DNA from: Candidatus Poribacteria bacterium
GTDB lineage: Bacteria > Poribacteria > WGA-4E > WGA-3G
Direction: 5' to 3'
DNA: 64,000 nucleotides
NCBI GenBank assembly: GCA_963663765.2
Contig: CAXXUA010000013.1
Location: 160,001-224,000, forward strand
The position numbers and the translations under genes are program-made. The notes beneath the pieces were generated by a model that was not told the origin of the DNA, did not search any database, and saw only the letters and a list, made by a program, of their open reading frames with translations. This document shows, piece after piece, positions 8,202-16,884 of the stretch (positions within the stretch are counted from its first letter, which is position 1; each line of letters starts with the position of its first letter).

Positions 8202-10511
8202 ATGCAGTTCACATACTATCTGCCTATATGGGCAATATTGCTTGGTATAGTCATTACAGCATGTATCACTATCTATAGCTATCTCAAGTTAAATCAATCA
8301 ATTCGCAATCTAATTAGAAATTCACTGATAAGTTTGCGTATTATAGCAATCACAATTTTACTCTTCTGTCTTTTGGCTCCAGTGTTTATTGAAAAGAAGG
8401 ACGTTACCCCACCTACGCATCTATCCATTTTAGTTGATACATCACGTAGTATGGAATTAAAGGATAATTATCATGGAATTTCTGATTTGTCCCGCATGGA
8501 TCAAGTCAATCAACTACTATTTGATGAATCAAGTACTTTTCTTCAAAACCTGAAAAAGACCTACAAAGTTCATCTCTACCGATTTGATTCATCATTACAG
8601 GAAGTCTCTAATGGAACAACAAAGTTAGATGTAGATGGCATATTGACTAATATTAATTCCGCTATCCGCGATACAGTTCAAACATGGCGTGGACAACCAA
8701 ATGCTGGAATAGTATTGATTACTGATGGTGCGCACAATACTTCAAGGTTGTTAGTGGACGACACTGTGGAATTGGGTATTCCCATTTATGCTGTAGGTGT
8801 CGGTTCCCCGTTACCTCCAAAAGACATACTAATCTCAAATGTTGATGTCTCACCCGTTACATACACAGGTCATGAAACAATCGTTAGAATAAACATTGTA
8901 CAGTCAGGATATACAGATGAATCAATCCGGGTTACTCTACGAGAATCCAGTAACAACCGACTTGTTGATGCAGTGATTCTGCCTTTAACCAAAGACGATG
9001 AAAATCAGTCTGTTACTTTGGATGGGCAACGTATCTTGTCAGGAACACAACATATAGTTGAACTGAAACTCACTCCTGAAACAGAAGGCAACTTTCAGTA
9101 TCAGGTGAAAATCCCAACTTTAGAAGATGAACTGACTGATGCAAATAATGATAGAACATTCTCATTAAAGGTTGTGAAAGCCAAACTAAATGTCCTCTAT
9201 TTTGAAGGTAGACCACGTTGGGATTACACCTTCTTAAAACGCACATTAGAACGCGACCCAGATATTGAAACTGTATTTTCTGTCCTATCAAAAAAACCAT
9301 TACCTGAATCAGTGCTTGCACAAAATGATGGATATTACCCTCAAGATACACCCACCCAATTTTCACGATTTCCAAACACTCGTGAAGAACTAAGCAACTA
9401 TGATGTGTTGATATTAGGGGACATATCTTCTGAACATCTCAATATAGGACAACAACAAGCGATTATTGACTTTATAGAAGACAGCGGAAAAGCAATTATA
9501 TTTCTACCTTCACAAACGGCATTAGGTACTAATGGATTTAGAAACATGCAATTATCAAGTCTACTACCAATTCAGATTCCAGTGAATGGGTGTCAAGTCA
9601 AAGATGTTGAATTCGCTGTTGAACTGACACAAACTGGCATGTTTCACCCAATTCTACAACTTGACGATAAATTTGAGAGGAACACGGAAATATGGCAAAA
9701 CCTTCCAGCACTTAATCGTAGCTTCAATGAATTCCAATTGAGAGCAGGTGCAACAACCCTCATCAGAAAAAAGAATGGTGAACCTATTTTGATATTTCAA
9801 CGAGTTGGTCTTGGCAAAAGTCTCCTTTTCACCACTGAGGGTATATGGAATTGGCAATTCGGTGTAAGCTCATATAAGGATGAAATTTATCAGACAGTTT
9901 ATCCCCGTTTTTGGGCACAGACAATTCGTTGGATGGCTCAACAATCGGATGAGTCCCAAATCTATTTGACGACTGATTCACCAACTTATGCACAAGGTGA
10001 CACTGTCCAGATAGGCATTCGAGTAATTTCTAATATGATGCAACCACACACTGACGTAAAAATCCATCTATCGGTTACAACTCCAAGCGGATCAACATTC
10101 TCATTAAAAACACAGTCTGAAAAAACAAGTGGACAGACTCACAACACAAGTAACTATACTGCAAAATTAAAAGTTGAAGAAAAAGGAACTTACAAAATAC
10201 GTGCATTTGGTGTTGCGGGAAATGTATCTATGGGAGAAGACGAATTTGATTTCTTCGTTCATCCGCAACTTGTTGAATTAGAGACCCCGCAACTTAACGA
10301 ACCTTTTTTGAAAGAACTCACTGAAAAAACTGGTGGTGTATATCTAACAATGGATGATGCTGAATCGCTTCCAAAACAGATAGACTTTGAGCAGGACTCC
10401 ATATTTGTTGACGAAAAACGCGATGTTTGGGCACATCCATTTGTTCTCATCGCTGTCGTTGGTTTATTGGGTGCTGAGTGGTTCCTACGTAAACGCAATG
10501 GATTGATTTAA
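8202..10511 (+). CDS. Membrane protein with VWA and glutamine-amidotransferase-like (DUF1355-type) domains
   Basis: Two N-terminal TMs; LVDTSRSM MIDAS; LITDG; EGRPRWDYTFLKR; YDVLILGD; C-terminal EWFLRKR. Confidence 0.8.
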   Translation: MQFTYYLPIWAILLGIVITACITIYSYLKLNQSIRNLIRNSLISLRIIAITILLFCLLAPVFIEKKDVTPPTHLSILVDTSRSMELKDNYHGISDLSRMDQVNQLLFDESSTFLQNLKKTYKVHLYRFDSSLQEVSNGTTKLDVDGILTNINSAIRDTVQTWRGQPNAGIVLITDGAHNTSRLLVDDTVELGIPIYAVGVGSPLPPKDILISNVDVSPVTYTGHETIVRINIVQSGYTDESIRVTLRESSNNRLVDAVILPLTKDDENQSVTLDGQRILSGTQHIVELKLTPETEGNFQYQVKIPTLEDELTDANNDRTFSLKVVKAKLNVLYFEGRPRWDYTFLKRTLERDPDIETVFSVLSKKPLPESVLAQNDGYYPQDTPTQFSRFPNTREELSNYDVLILGDISSEHLNIGQQQAIIDFIEDSGKAIIFLPSQTALGTNGFRNMQLSSLLPIQIPVNGCQVKDVEFAVELTQTGMFHPILQLDDKFERNTEIWQNLPALNRSFNEFQLRAGATTLIRKKNGEPILIFQRVGLGKSLLFTTEGIWNWQFGVSSYKDEIYQTVYPRFWAQTIRWMAQQSDESQIYLTTDSPTYAQGDTVQIGIRVISNMMQPHTDVKIHLSVTTPSGSTFSLKTQSEKTSGQTHNTSNYTAKLKVEEKGTYKIRAFGVAGNVSMGEDEFDFFVHPQLVELETPQLNEPFLKELTEKTGGVYLTMDDAESLPKQIDFEQDSIFVDEKRDVWAHPFVLIAVVGLLGAEWFLRKRNGLI

Positions 10512-10524
10512 TATTTATAAGTAC

Positions 10525-10646
10525 CAGGACTTACGCACCCAACGGTAGGCGTGCTTTGTAAGCGCGCTGGAAACCGAAAAAATGCTGAAAATTACACCAT
10601 TTTCGTCATAATTCTTCATCAAATCATGAAAACTGCGTAAGTCCTG
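10525..10646. mobile_element. 122-bp IS701-type MITE
   Basis: Same 13-bp TIR as the IS701 at 5703; perfect 5-bp target duplication AGTAC; internal GTAGGCGTGC...GCGCGC REP-like arm. Confidence 0.9.
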
Positions 10647-10670
10647 AGTACTTTATGTCTTTAATCTAAC

Positions 10671-10975
10671 GAGTTGTGCTAAATGACTTTATGTAAACCA
10701 TTGTTTCACATAAGCATAACGTTTTGCAGGTGTCCCTCATAGGTTGAAACGATCTTCAGTCCTGATGAAGTTTGACAATCAAAATCGGTAGTTGAATTCG
10801 TAGGGGTTGGGTTCCCCAACCCGTTTGGTTTTTGAGTTTGCGTAGATCATGTGTGAAAACCACGCCCCTACGAATACACAACTTGAACGTCAAAACTCAT
10901 TAGGGACTAAATGTTTATATATCATACCCAATATATGTGAATTTAGTATAAACATTTAGTTAACTGGCACAAATC
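10671..10975. mobile_element. MITE copy 1 (TIR GAxxTGTGyyARwTAACTA), interrupted by an IS630-type MITE
   Basis: Colinear with 11097-11263; 3' ~60 bp nearly identical (CATACCCAATATATGTGAATTTAGTATAAACATTTAGTTAACTG). Confidence 0.7.
10763..10902. mobile_element. MITE derived from the IS630 at 20654, carrying a GTAG REP doublet
   Basis: Ends TGATGAAGTTTGACAATCAAA / AACTTGAACGTCAAAACTCATTA resemble the IS630 TIRs; internal TTCGTAGGGG...CCCCTACGAA. Confidence 0.8.
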
Positions 10976-11096
10976 AGGATATTGCTCAATTTACGTTAAA
11001 TCACTAATTGGTAAAATTGGTAATTTTTTCTTCGGAAAAACCCAGTCATAGACAAGATTCGTGTACAGAAAAAATTACCAATTGCCTGAAAGTAGC

Positions 11097-11263
11097 GACC
11101 TGTGCTAAATAACTATTTATTAAAAATTACTTCACATAGACAAGAGTATTTAACCGTCCTTCTTTTGCTTTGGATGATCTTTAGTCCCGTAGGGACGAAA
11201 TGTTATATACCATACCCAATATATGTGAATTTAGTATAAACATTTAGTTAACTGACACAAGTC
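11097..11263. mobile_element. MITE copy 2, uninterrupted, with central GTCCCGTAGGGAC palindrome
   Basis: Imperfect TIRs GACCTGTGCTAAATAACTA / TAGTTAACTGACACAAGTC. Confidence 0.7.
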
Positions 11264-11451
11264 GTTAATCTAACCAAATTTTAGCAGAAACTCAAATTTG
11301 TTACTTTCCTACCCGCCAAAAACAATGACTGTTACAAAATAGAATGGTCACAATCGAACATTTGTTGAACTGAATAGTATAGAATGATCCAATTACAGAA
11401 GGGTTGAGAAAAATTCAGTTAACATCTCATCCGAATTCACCATAAAATTAT

Positions 11452-11480
11452 TTGTCAATATGTCTCATCTATGATATACT
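11452..11480 (+). promoter_or_regulatory. Promoter of the tatA operon
   Basis: TTGTCA-17 nt-TATACT with extended -10 TG. Confidence 0.65.
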
Positions 11481-11528
11481 TTTAATTATGTGAATCAGCC
11501 AGATCTCATTAAAGGAGGAACTAAGACC

Positions 11529-11753
11529 ATGGGACCAGGTGGTATGGAAATATTTTTAATCCTCGTTATTGCTTTGGTAGTTTTTGGTCCAAAAAAGTTA
11601 CCTGAAATGGGAAAGTCTTTGGGTAAAGCAATCCGGGAATTTAAAAGTGCAGGTGATGAAATCAAAGATGAAATTACTAAAGCTGCAGATGAGATGGATA
11701 AAGATGATGATGATAATGACGATAAAACGATTAAACCGCCGAAATCAACATAA
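11529..11753 (+). CDS. tatA: Twin-arginine translocase TatA
   Basis: AGGAGG RBS; GGMEIFLILVIALVVFGPKKLPEMGKSLGKAIREFK. Confidence 0.95.
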   Translation: MGPGGMEIFLILVIALVVFGPKKLPEMGKSLGKAIREFKSAGDEIKDEITKAADEMDKDDDDNDDKTIKPPKST

Positions 11754-11773
11754 ACTCTGGAGGAAATTCACTT

Positions 11774-12595
11774 ATGAAATCTGATGATGTGGCAATGACA
11801 TTCTGGCAACATCTTGAGGAACTTAGACGGCGTATAATCATCTCGTTTATAGCTTTAGGAGTATTTGCCATTGTAGGTTTGGTTTTTAGTAAACCTATAA
11901 TATATATACTTGAACTCCCGTTGAAGAGTCCTATCACTAACATGATTGCAAGCGCAATTGAGGCAGGTGCTGACACAGAAGGATCAACATTTGGGTTCTT
12001 AGCATTAGCACTAAGAACAGGATCATCAGGTGTTGAAACTGAACTCATACTCACAGGACCTTTTCAAGCAATAATGGCTTATCTGACAATTGGTATCACT
12101 ATTGGTATAGTATTGGCACTGCCGATAATCCTCTATCAGATTTGGATGTTTGTTTTTCCTGCATTAAATAGAAAAGAACAACGTATAGCAATTCCACTGT
12201 TTGTTACCATCATCTTTTTCTTTTTACTCGGTGCACTTTTTTCTTATTTTATCGTAGTTCCCGTTGTTTTGCAATTCGCAGCAGGTCTGTTTCCAGACTT
12301 TAAAAACCTTTGGGATTTAAAATTTTATATAACCTTTGTTGCGCAGTTAATTTTAGGCTTTGGTATTGCATTTGAATTACCCATTGTAATGGCGTTTCTT
12401 GCACGAATTGGTGTTATTGACTCACGTGGATTTCAGGGGAAGCAAAAATTTGCACTAATGGGTATCTGTGTAATGTCTGCCCTACTAACTCCCGCTGATC
12501 CAGGATCAATGCTACTAATGGCAATCCCACTCTATATTTTATATCAACTCGGAATATTCTTTGCATTTCTTGTTGAAAAGGAGGCTGAAACATAA
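11774..12595 (+). CDS. tatC: Twin-arginine translocase TatC
   Basis: MTFWQHLEELRRR, YQIWMFVFPAL, GIAFELP, LTPAD. Confidence 0.95.
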   Translation: MKSDDVAMTFWQHLEELRRRIIISFIALGVFAIVGLVFSKPIIYILELPLKSPITNMIASAIEAGADTEGSTFGFLALALRTGSSGVETELILTGPFQAIMAYLTIGITIGIVLALPIILYQIWMFVFPALNRKEQRIAIPLFVTIIFFFLLGALFSYFIVVPVVLQFAAGLFPDFKNLWDLKFYITFVAQLILGFGIAFELPIVMAFLARIGVIDSRGFQGKQKFALMGICVMSALLTPADPGSMLLMAIPLYILYQLGIFFAFLVEKEAET

Positions 12596-13338
12596 TGTCA
12601 AATGAAACCCTAAGGCAGCAACTCGCTTTACTCTACAAACTTCAGGAACATGACAGAGAGTTGTTGTCAATCCACAGACGGTTTCAAGCGATTCCACGAC
12701 ACATCAAACAGTTAGAAGCAAACGTAACACAACATAATGATAATTTAAACGCAAAATCGGATGAACTTTCAGAAGTAGAAAAATCTCTTCGATCTAAGAA
12801 TGCTGACTTAGAAATGAATGAGGTACAGCGTGAAAAATATAAAACAGAACAACGGGAAGTCACCACGAATGACGCCTATTCTGCGCTTGAAAAACAGATA
12901 GAATTTCTTGATGATAAAGATGCCGATACAGAGATAGAAATATTAGAACTCTTAGAAACCGCAGATCAACTGAAGGAGGAATTGAAAAAACTTGAAGCAG
13001 AAGTGTCAGACGAAAACGATAAAATTAACGAACAAAAAACCCAGTTTCGTAAAGAACAGAAAGAACTAAAAGCAAGTATAGATGCAAAAATGGAGCAACG
13101 TTCCAAGTTCTTACCAAAAATTGATAAGCAACTCGGTATTCTATACAGCAGGTGGATGGAACGTCAGAAAGGAGATTTTGTAGCATTGGGTAAGAATGGT
13201 ACATGTGGAAGTTGTCAGTTGACAATCCAACCTCAAAATCTAAAGGAGGCGCAAAATTACGATAAACTGGTATATTGTGCAAATTGTAAACGAGCCCTAT
13301 ATGTTGAGCCGCTTTCATCAGAAATTCCATATCCATAA
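12595..13338 (+). CDS. Coiled-coil protein with C4 zinc ribbon (DUF164 type)
   Basis: LYKLQEHD start, long coiled coil, CGSC...CANCKRAL. Confidence 0.85.
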   Translation: MSNETLRQQLALLYKLQEHDRELLSIHRRFQAIPRHIKQLEANVTQHNDNLNAKSDELSEVEKSLRSKNADLEMNEVQREKYKTEQREVTTNDAYSALEKQIEFLDDKDADTEIEILELLETADQLKEELKKLEAEVSDENDKINEQKTQFRKEQKELKASIDAKMEQRSKFLPKIDKQLGILYSRWMERQKGDFVALGKNGTCGSCQLTIQPQNLKEAQNYDKLVYCANCKRALYVEPLSSEIPYP

Positions 13339-13389
13339 TACAACCATGAGGAACAAAGTCAAATCTGAAAAATATACGGAGCAGTTTCA

Positions 13390-13716
13390 ATGCCTTTTTT
13401 GGATATAAAAGATCAACCAGAAAAACAGGTATTTGATGGTGTAACTATACAAACTATCCATGGTGAAAAACTTATGATGTCGTATGTGCATTTACAACCC
13501 TATAGCGTTGTTGCGGAGCACAGTCATAGACATGAACAGATGGGAATTGTAATAGAAGGATCGTTTGAATTGACTATTGATGGTGAAACTCAAATATTAC
13601 ATAAAGGGAATACATACCTAATTCCATCTCATGTGAAACACAGTGCGAAAGCTTATGACAAAAAGGCAATTGCCCTTGACATCTTTAGCCCACCACGGGA
13701 AGATTATATATCTTGA
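13390..13716 (+). CDS. Cupin domain protein
   Basis: HSHRHEQ...IPSHVKH...LDIFSPPRED. Confidence 0.9.
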   Translation: MPFLDIKDQPEKQVFDGVTIQTIHGEKLMMSYVHLQPYSVVAEHSHRHEQMGIVIEGSFELTIDGETQILHKGNTYLIPSHVKHSAKAYDKKAIALDIFSPPREDYIS

Positions 13717-14492
13717 GAGACAAGTTGTATTACAATATCTCTGAGTTAACTCAAACTGGATTGGTCAAAGCAGGAATCAGTCTACGTTCAGGAGGAGTAA
13801 GTATTCCCCCCTATGATACGCTTAACTTAGCAACACATGTCGGAGACGATCCAAAAGCTGTATCCCAAAATCAACGTGTTTTCTCAGTTCAAGCAGGCAT
13901 CAAGTCTATAAAATACTGTAAGCAAATACACAGTGATACTGTAATAGATGCTACTACTATTGCACCGTTAGAATGGTACCAAGAAGCGATTAGTAAAATC
14001 CATAAGACGGGAGATGCACTAATTTCATCAACTCAGAATGACACTATTGGTATATTTACCGCTGATTGCATTCCAATTTATATATTGGATAAAAAAACAC
14101 CCGCTATAGGTATTGCACATGCAGGTTGGCGTGGCACATTAGACCTTATCGCAACAAAAACATTAGCACAAATGGAAAGAAAATTTGGTACAATCAAAAA
14201 GAATTGCATTGTCCATTTAGGTGCTTCAATAAAAAAATGTTGTTATCAGGTTAGTTCAGACTTGAAATTCAAGTTTAAAGAACATTTTGGTAATTCTGTA
14301 CATAATGGAGATCGCATAAGTTTGCAAATCGCCAACAGAATTCAATTAGTTGATTTTGGTGTACATCCAAAAGCCATTTCAAATTCTCCCTATTGCACTG
14401 CCTGTAACACAGATAAATTTTTTTCCTATCGTGCTGAATCGGGACAGACAGGTAGAATGCTGTCTTTCATTCAACTCACACGAAATATGTAA
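13713..14492 (+). CDS. pgeF: Peptidoglycan editing factor / purine nucleoside phosphorylase PgeF (YfiH)
   Basis: LNLATHVGD, QIHS, TADCIP, HAGWRG, CT...FFSYR...GRM. Confidence 0.9.
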   Translation: MRDKLYYNISELTQTGLVKAGISLRSGGVSIPPYDTLNLATHVGDDPKAVSQNQRVFSVQAGIKSIKYCKQIHSDTVIDATTIAPLEWYQEAISKIHKTGDALISSTQNDTIGIFTADCIPIYILDKKTPAIGIAHAGWRGTLDLIATKTLAQMERKFGTIKKNCIVHLGASIKKCCYQVSSDLKFKFKEHFGNSVHNGDRISLQIANRIQLVDFGVHPKAISNSPYCTACNTDKFFSYRAESGQTGRMLSFIQLTRNM

Positions 14493-14559
14493 CTCTTCCA
14501 TCTCAGTTATACAAACACTTTTAAGGCATATTCAGCACACTCCTACCTTCTAAACAAAT

Positions 14560-14588
14560 TTGCATTGACGTGAAATAAATGGTATCAT
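14560..14588 (+). promoter_or_regulatory. Promoter upstream of the membrane protein-yggS block
   Basis: TTGCAT-17 nt-TATCAT with extended -10 TG. Confidence 0.5.
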
Positions 14589-14636
14589 TTAAAGTGTAAG
14601 GTAATCACCTTGCATTGTTACACAGCGAGAATAAGC

Positions 14637-14972
14637 ATGCGTTCTCTATGTATAATATTATCAACTTTGACAGTATTGATAGGTCTCATCTTTATAATTT
14701 GGGGATGTATTCATCCAGCGAAATACAATAAGGAATTGTCAAAAGAAACTACTACTGCAGTACGGGTCACACAGGTCTATACTGAGGCAACCTATTATGT
14801 AACTGTCGGAATTGGAATGATCAGTTTAGGCTTACTGGTTTCTCTCATCGGGTTACTGATAACGACAAACAATGAAACCAATCTTTTTTCACGACTTTTC
14901 AGTTTTATAGGCATGTATTCAATAAAAAACGATGATGAGAGTCAACCTGATCAAGAGGAGCAAAATGATTGA
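14637..14972 (+). CDS. Hypothetical two-TM membrane protein
   Basis: Two hydrophobic segments, acidic tail, stop overlaps the yggS start. Confidence 0.7.
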   Translation: MRSLCIILSTLTVLIGLIFIIWGCIHPAKYNKELSKETTTAVRVTQVYTEATYYVTVGIGMISLGLLVSLIGLLITTNNETNLFSRLFSFIGMYSIKNDDESQPDQEEQND

Positions 14973-15667
14973 ATCAAATTGCTGAAAACTTTACCTTAGT
15001 TATGGAGCGAATTGCCTTGGCTGCTAAACGAAGTGGTCGTTCTCCTCATTCAGTAAAGCTTGTCGCAGTTACAAAAGGTGTTTCATTCACAGACATACAG
15101 ACGGCACTTGATTCCGGTGCAAACATTTTAGGTGAAAATCGAGTGCAAGAGGCACAACAAAAATATGAAGAACTTAATTCTTCAGACATACCTCAACTTT
15201 GGGAATGGCATCTAATCGGTCACTTGCAACGGAATAAAGTGAAATCAGCACTACCGATGTTTTCCTTAATCCATTCTGTGGATAGTTTACGACTTCTGAA
15301 GGAAATCTCCCGACGTTCAGAAGAATGGGATAAGGTTACAGATTTATTATTACAAGTAAATACAACCGGAGAAACAAGTAAATTTGGATTAGTACCACAT
15401 GAGATTCTCAACTTCATAGAAACATCACTCCCCTATCCAAATGTAAGGATACAGGGATTAATGACGATGGGAAAATTAAGTGATACACCCCAAGAAAATC
15501 GTCCTGCCTTTGAGTTATTAAGAAACTTTGCAGAAAAGGTAAAAAAACAGAATTATCCAGATGTCACCATGAAGTTCCTTTCTATGGGAATGACAAACGA
15601 TTATGAAGTTGCAATTGAAGAAGGTGCGAATCTCGTTAGAATTGGAAGAGCAATTTTCTGTTCATAA
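14969..15667 (+). CDS. yggS: PLP homeostasis protein YggS
   Basis: LVAVTK, GENRVQE, WHLIGHLQRNK, LSMGMTND, VRIGRAIF. Confidence 0.95.
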   Translation: MNQIAENFTLVMERIALAAKRSGRSPHSVKLVAVTKGVSFTDIQTALDSGANILGENRVQEAQQKYEELNSSDIPQLWEWHLIGHLQRNKVKSALPMFSLIHSVDSLRLLKEISRRSEEWDKVTDLLLQVNTTGETSKFGLVPHEILNFIETSLPYPNVRIQGLMTMGKLSDTPQENRPAFELLRNFAEKVKKQNYPDVTMKFLSMGMTNDYEVAIEEGANLVRIGRAIFCS

Positions 15668-15715
15668 ATACACAATGTCAATTCTTTGTGGCAAGATACT
15701 GTTAGGAGATGTATA

Positions 15716-16531
15716 GTGGTAAAGAATGTAAAATTGGGTGTAATCGGAGTGGGAAAAATGGGTGGGATCATTGTTCGGAGTATAGTTGACCGCCTATTCC
15801 CTGCTGAACAAGTTTGGATAACCGATCTTGATAAAGCCCTTGTTGCAAAGCTCTGTGATGAAAAAAGTGTGAAATCTACTCAAGATATTTCGGAATTAGT
15901 TGAAAAGACTGATGTAATATTTTGTGCTGTACCCCCAATTGCAGTACCACATTTACTACCCCAAGTTGCTCGTAATCTGAAAACACACCAATGGATAATC
16001 AGTATAGCTGCAGGTGTTAGGACTGAATCACTTGAATCCTTTTTTGATACTCCACCACCGATTGTACGTGTGATGCCAAATATTGCTGCTTCAGTACAAG
16101 CAGCAATTTCTGTGTTAACGCCTGGGAGTTTTGCGAATGATGAACATCTCAACATAACACAGCAGATCTTTAATACATGCGGTACTACATTAATTTTAGA
16201 TGAACGACACCTAAATGCTGTGACAGGTGTTAGTGGTAGTGGACCAGCGTATGTTGCACTATTTATAGAAGCATTAGCGGATGCGGGTGTGTTTGTTGGT
16301 CTAACACGAAAGGACGCACAAGTATTGGCAACACATACAGTGTTGGGTGCTGCGACGATGTTAGCACAATCTGAAGAACATCCAGCTGTTCTCAAAAACC
16401 GTGTTACAACCCCAGGAGGAACAACTGCCGCCGGACTCCATGCACTGGAACAAGGAGGTATACGCGCAACACTAACCAAAGCGATAATTGCTGCAACCGA
16501 ACGTGCAAAGCAACTTGACACTAAAGGATAG
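15716..16531 (+). CDS. proC: Pyrroline-5-carboxylate reductase
   Basis: GVGKMG, SIAAG, RVMPN, SGSGPAY, VTTPGGTT; AGGAG RBS before GTG 15716. Confidence 0.95.
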   Translation: MVKNVKLGVIGVGKMGGIIVRSIVDRLFPAEQVWITDLDKALVAKLCDEKSVKSTQDISELVEKTDVIFCAVPPIAVPHLLPQVARNLKTHQWIISIAAGVRTESLESFFDTPPPIVRVMPNIAASVQAAISVLTPGSFANDEHLNITQQIFNTCGTTLILDERHLNAVTGVSGSGPAYVALFIEALADAGVFVGLTRKDAQVLATHTVLGAATMLAQSEEHPAVLKNRVTTPGGTTAAGLHALEQGGIRATLTKAIIAATERAKQLDTKG

Positions 16532-16548
16532 GAAGGGATAAGACCATA

Positions 16549-16815
16549 ATGCAGATTGTTGCAGAATTACTTAGCAAAGCAATTGATATCTACATGTTTA
16601 TTGTTCTCGTCAATGTTCTACTTTCATGGGTTGTGTTTGGTATTCAGAATACATTCGTTCGACAAATCTATACGTTTACGGGTCAAGTTGTAGATCCTGT
16701 ACTGCAACCAATACGTAGCGTCTTAAATCCTGTTAGTCGAAATATTGGGATTGATTTTTCGCCGATTGTATTATTGATTTTGCTTCACACACTAAACAAG
16801 ATGCTAATATCATAA
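16549..16815 (+). CDS. yggT: YggT family membrane protein
   Basis: LLSWV...DPVLQPIR...IDFSPIV. Confidence 0.9.
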   Translation: MQIVAELLSKAIDIYMFIVLVNVLLSWVVFGIQNTFVRQIYTFTGQVVDPVLQPIRSVLNPVSRNIGIDFSPIVLLILLHTLNKMLIS

Positions 16816-16884
16816 AGTATCACCATTGTTATTGTTATTTAATCCTTGAAATAGTTTATATTAGTATAAGACATAATAACAGAA

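Noticed and set aside
10900-11263. Direct repeats as a possible CRISPR array
   Set aside because: Only two long copies, no regular spacers, no cas genes; explained as MITE copies
15880-16521. 213-aa antisense ORF over proC, and similar shadow ORFs elsewhere
   Set aside because: Antisense to well-supported genes, with no RBS or motifs
16816-16884. T-box leader before the ileS-like gene
   Set aside because: The gap is only about 70 nt and lacks the T-box sequence and terminator
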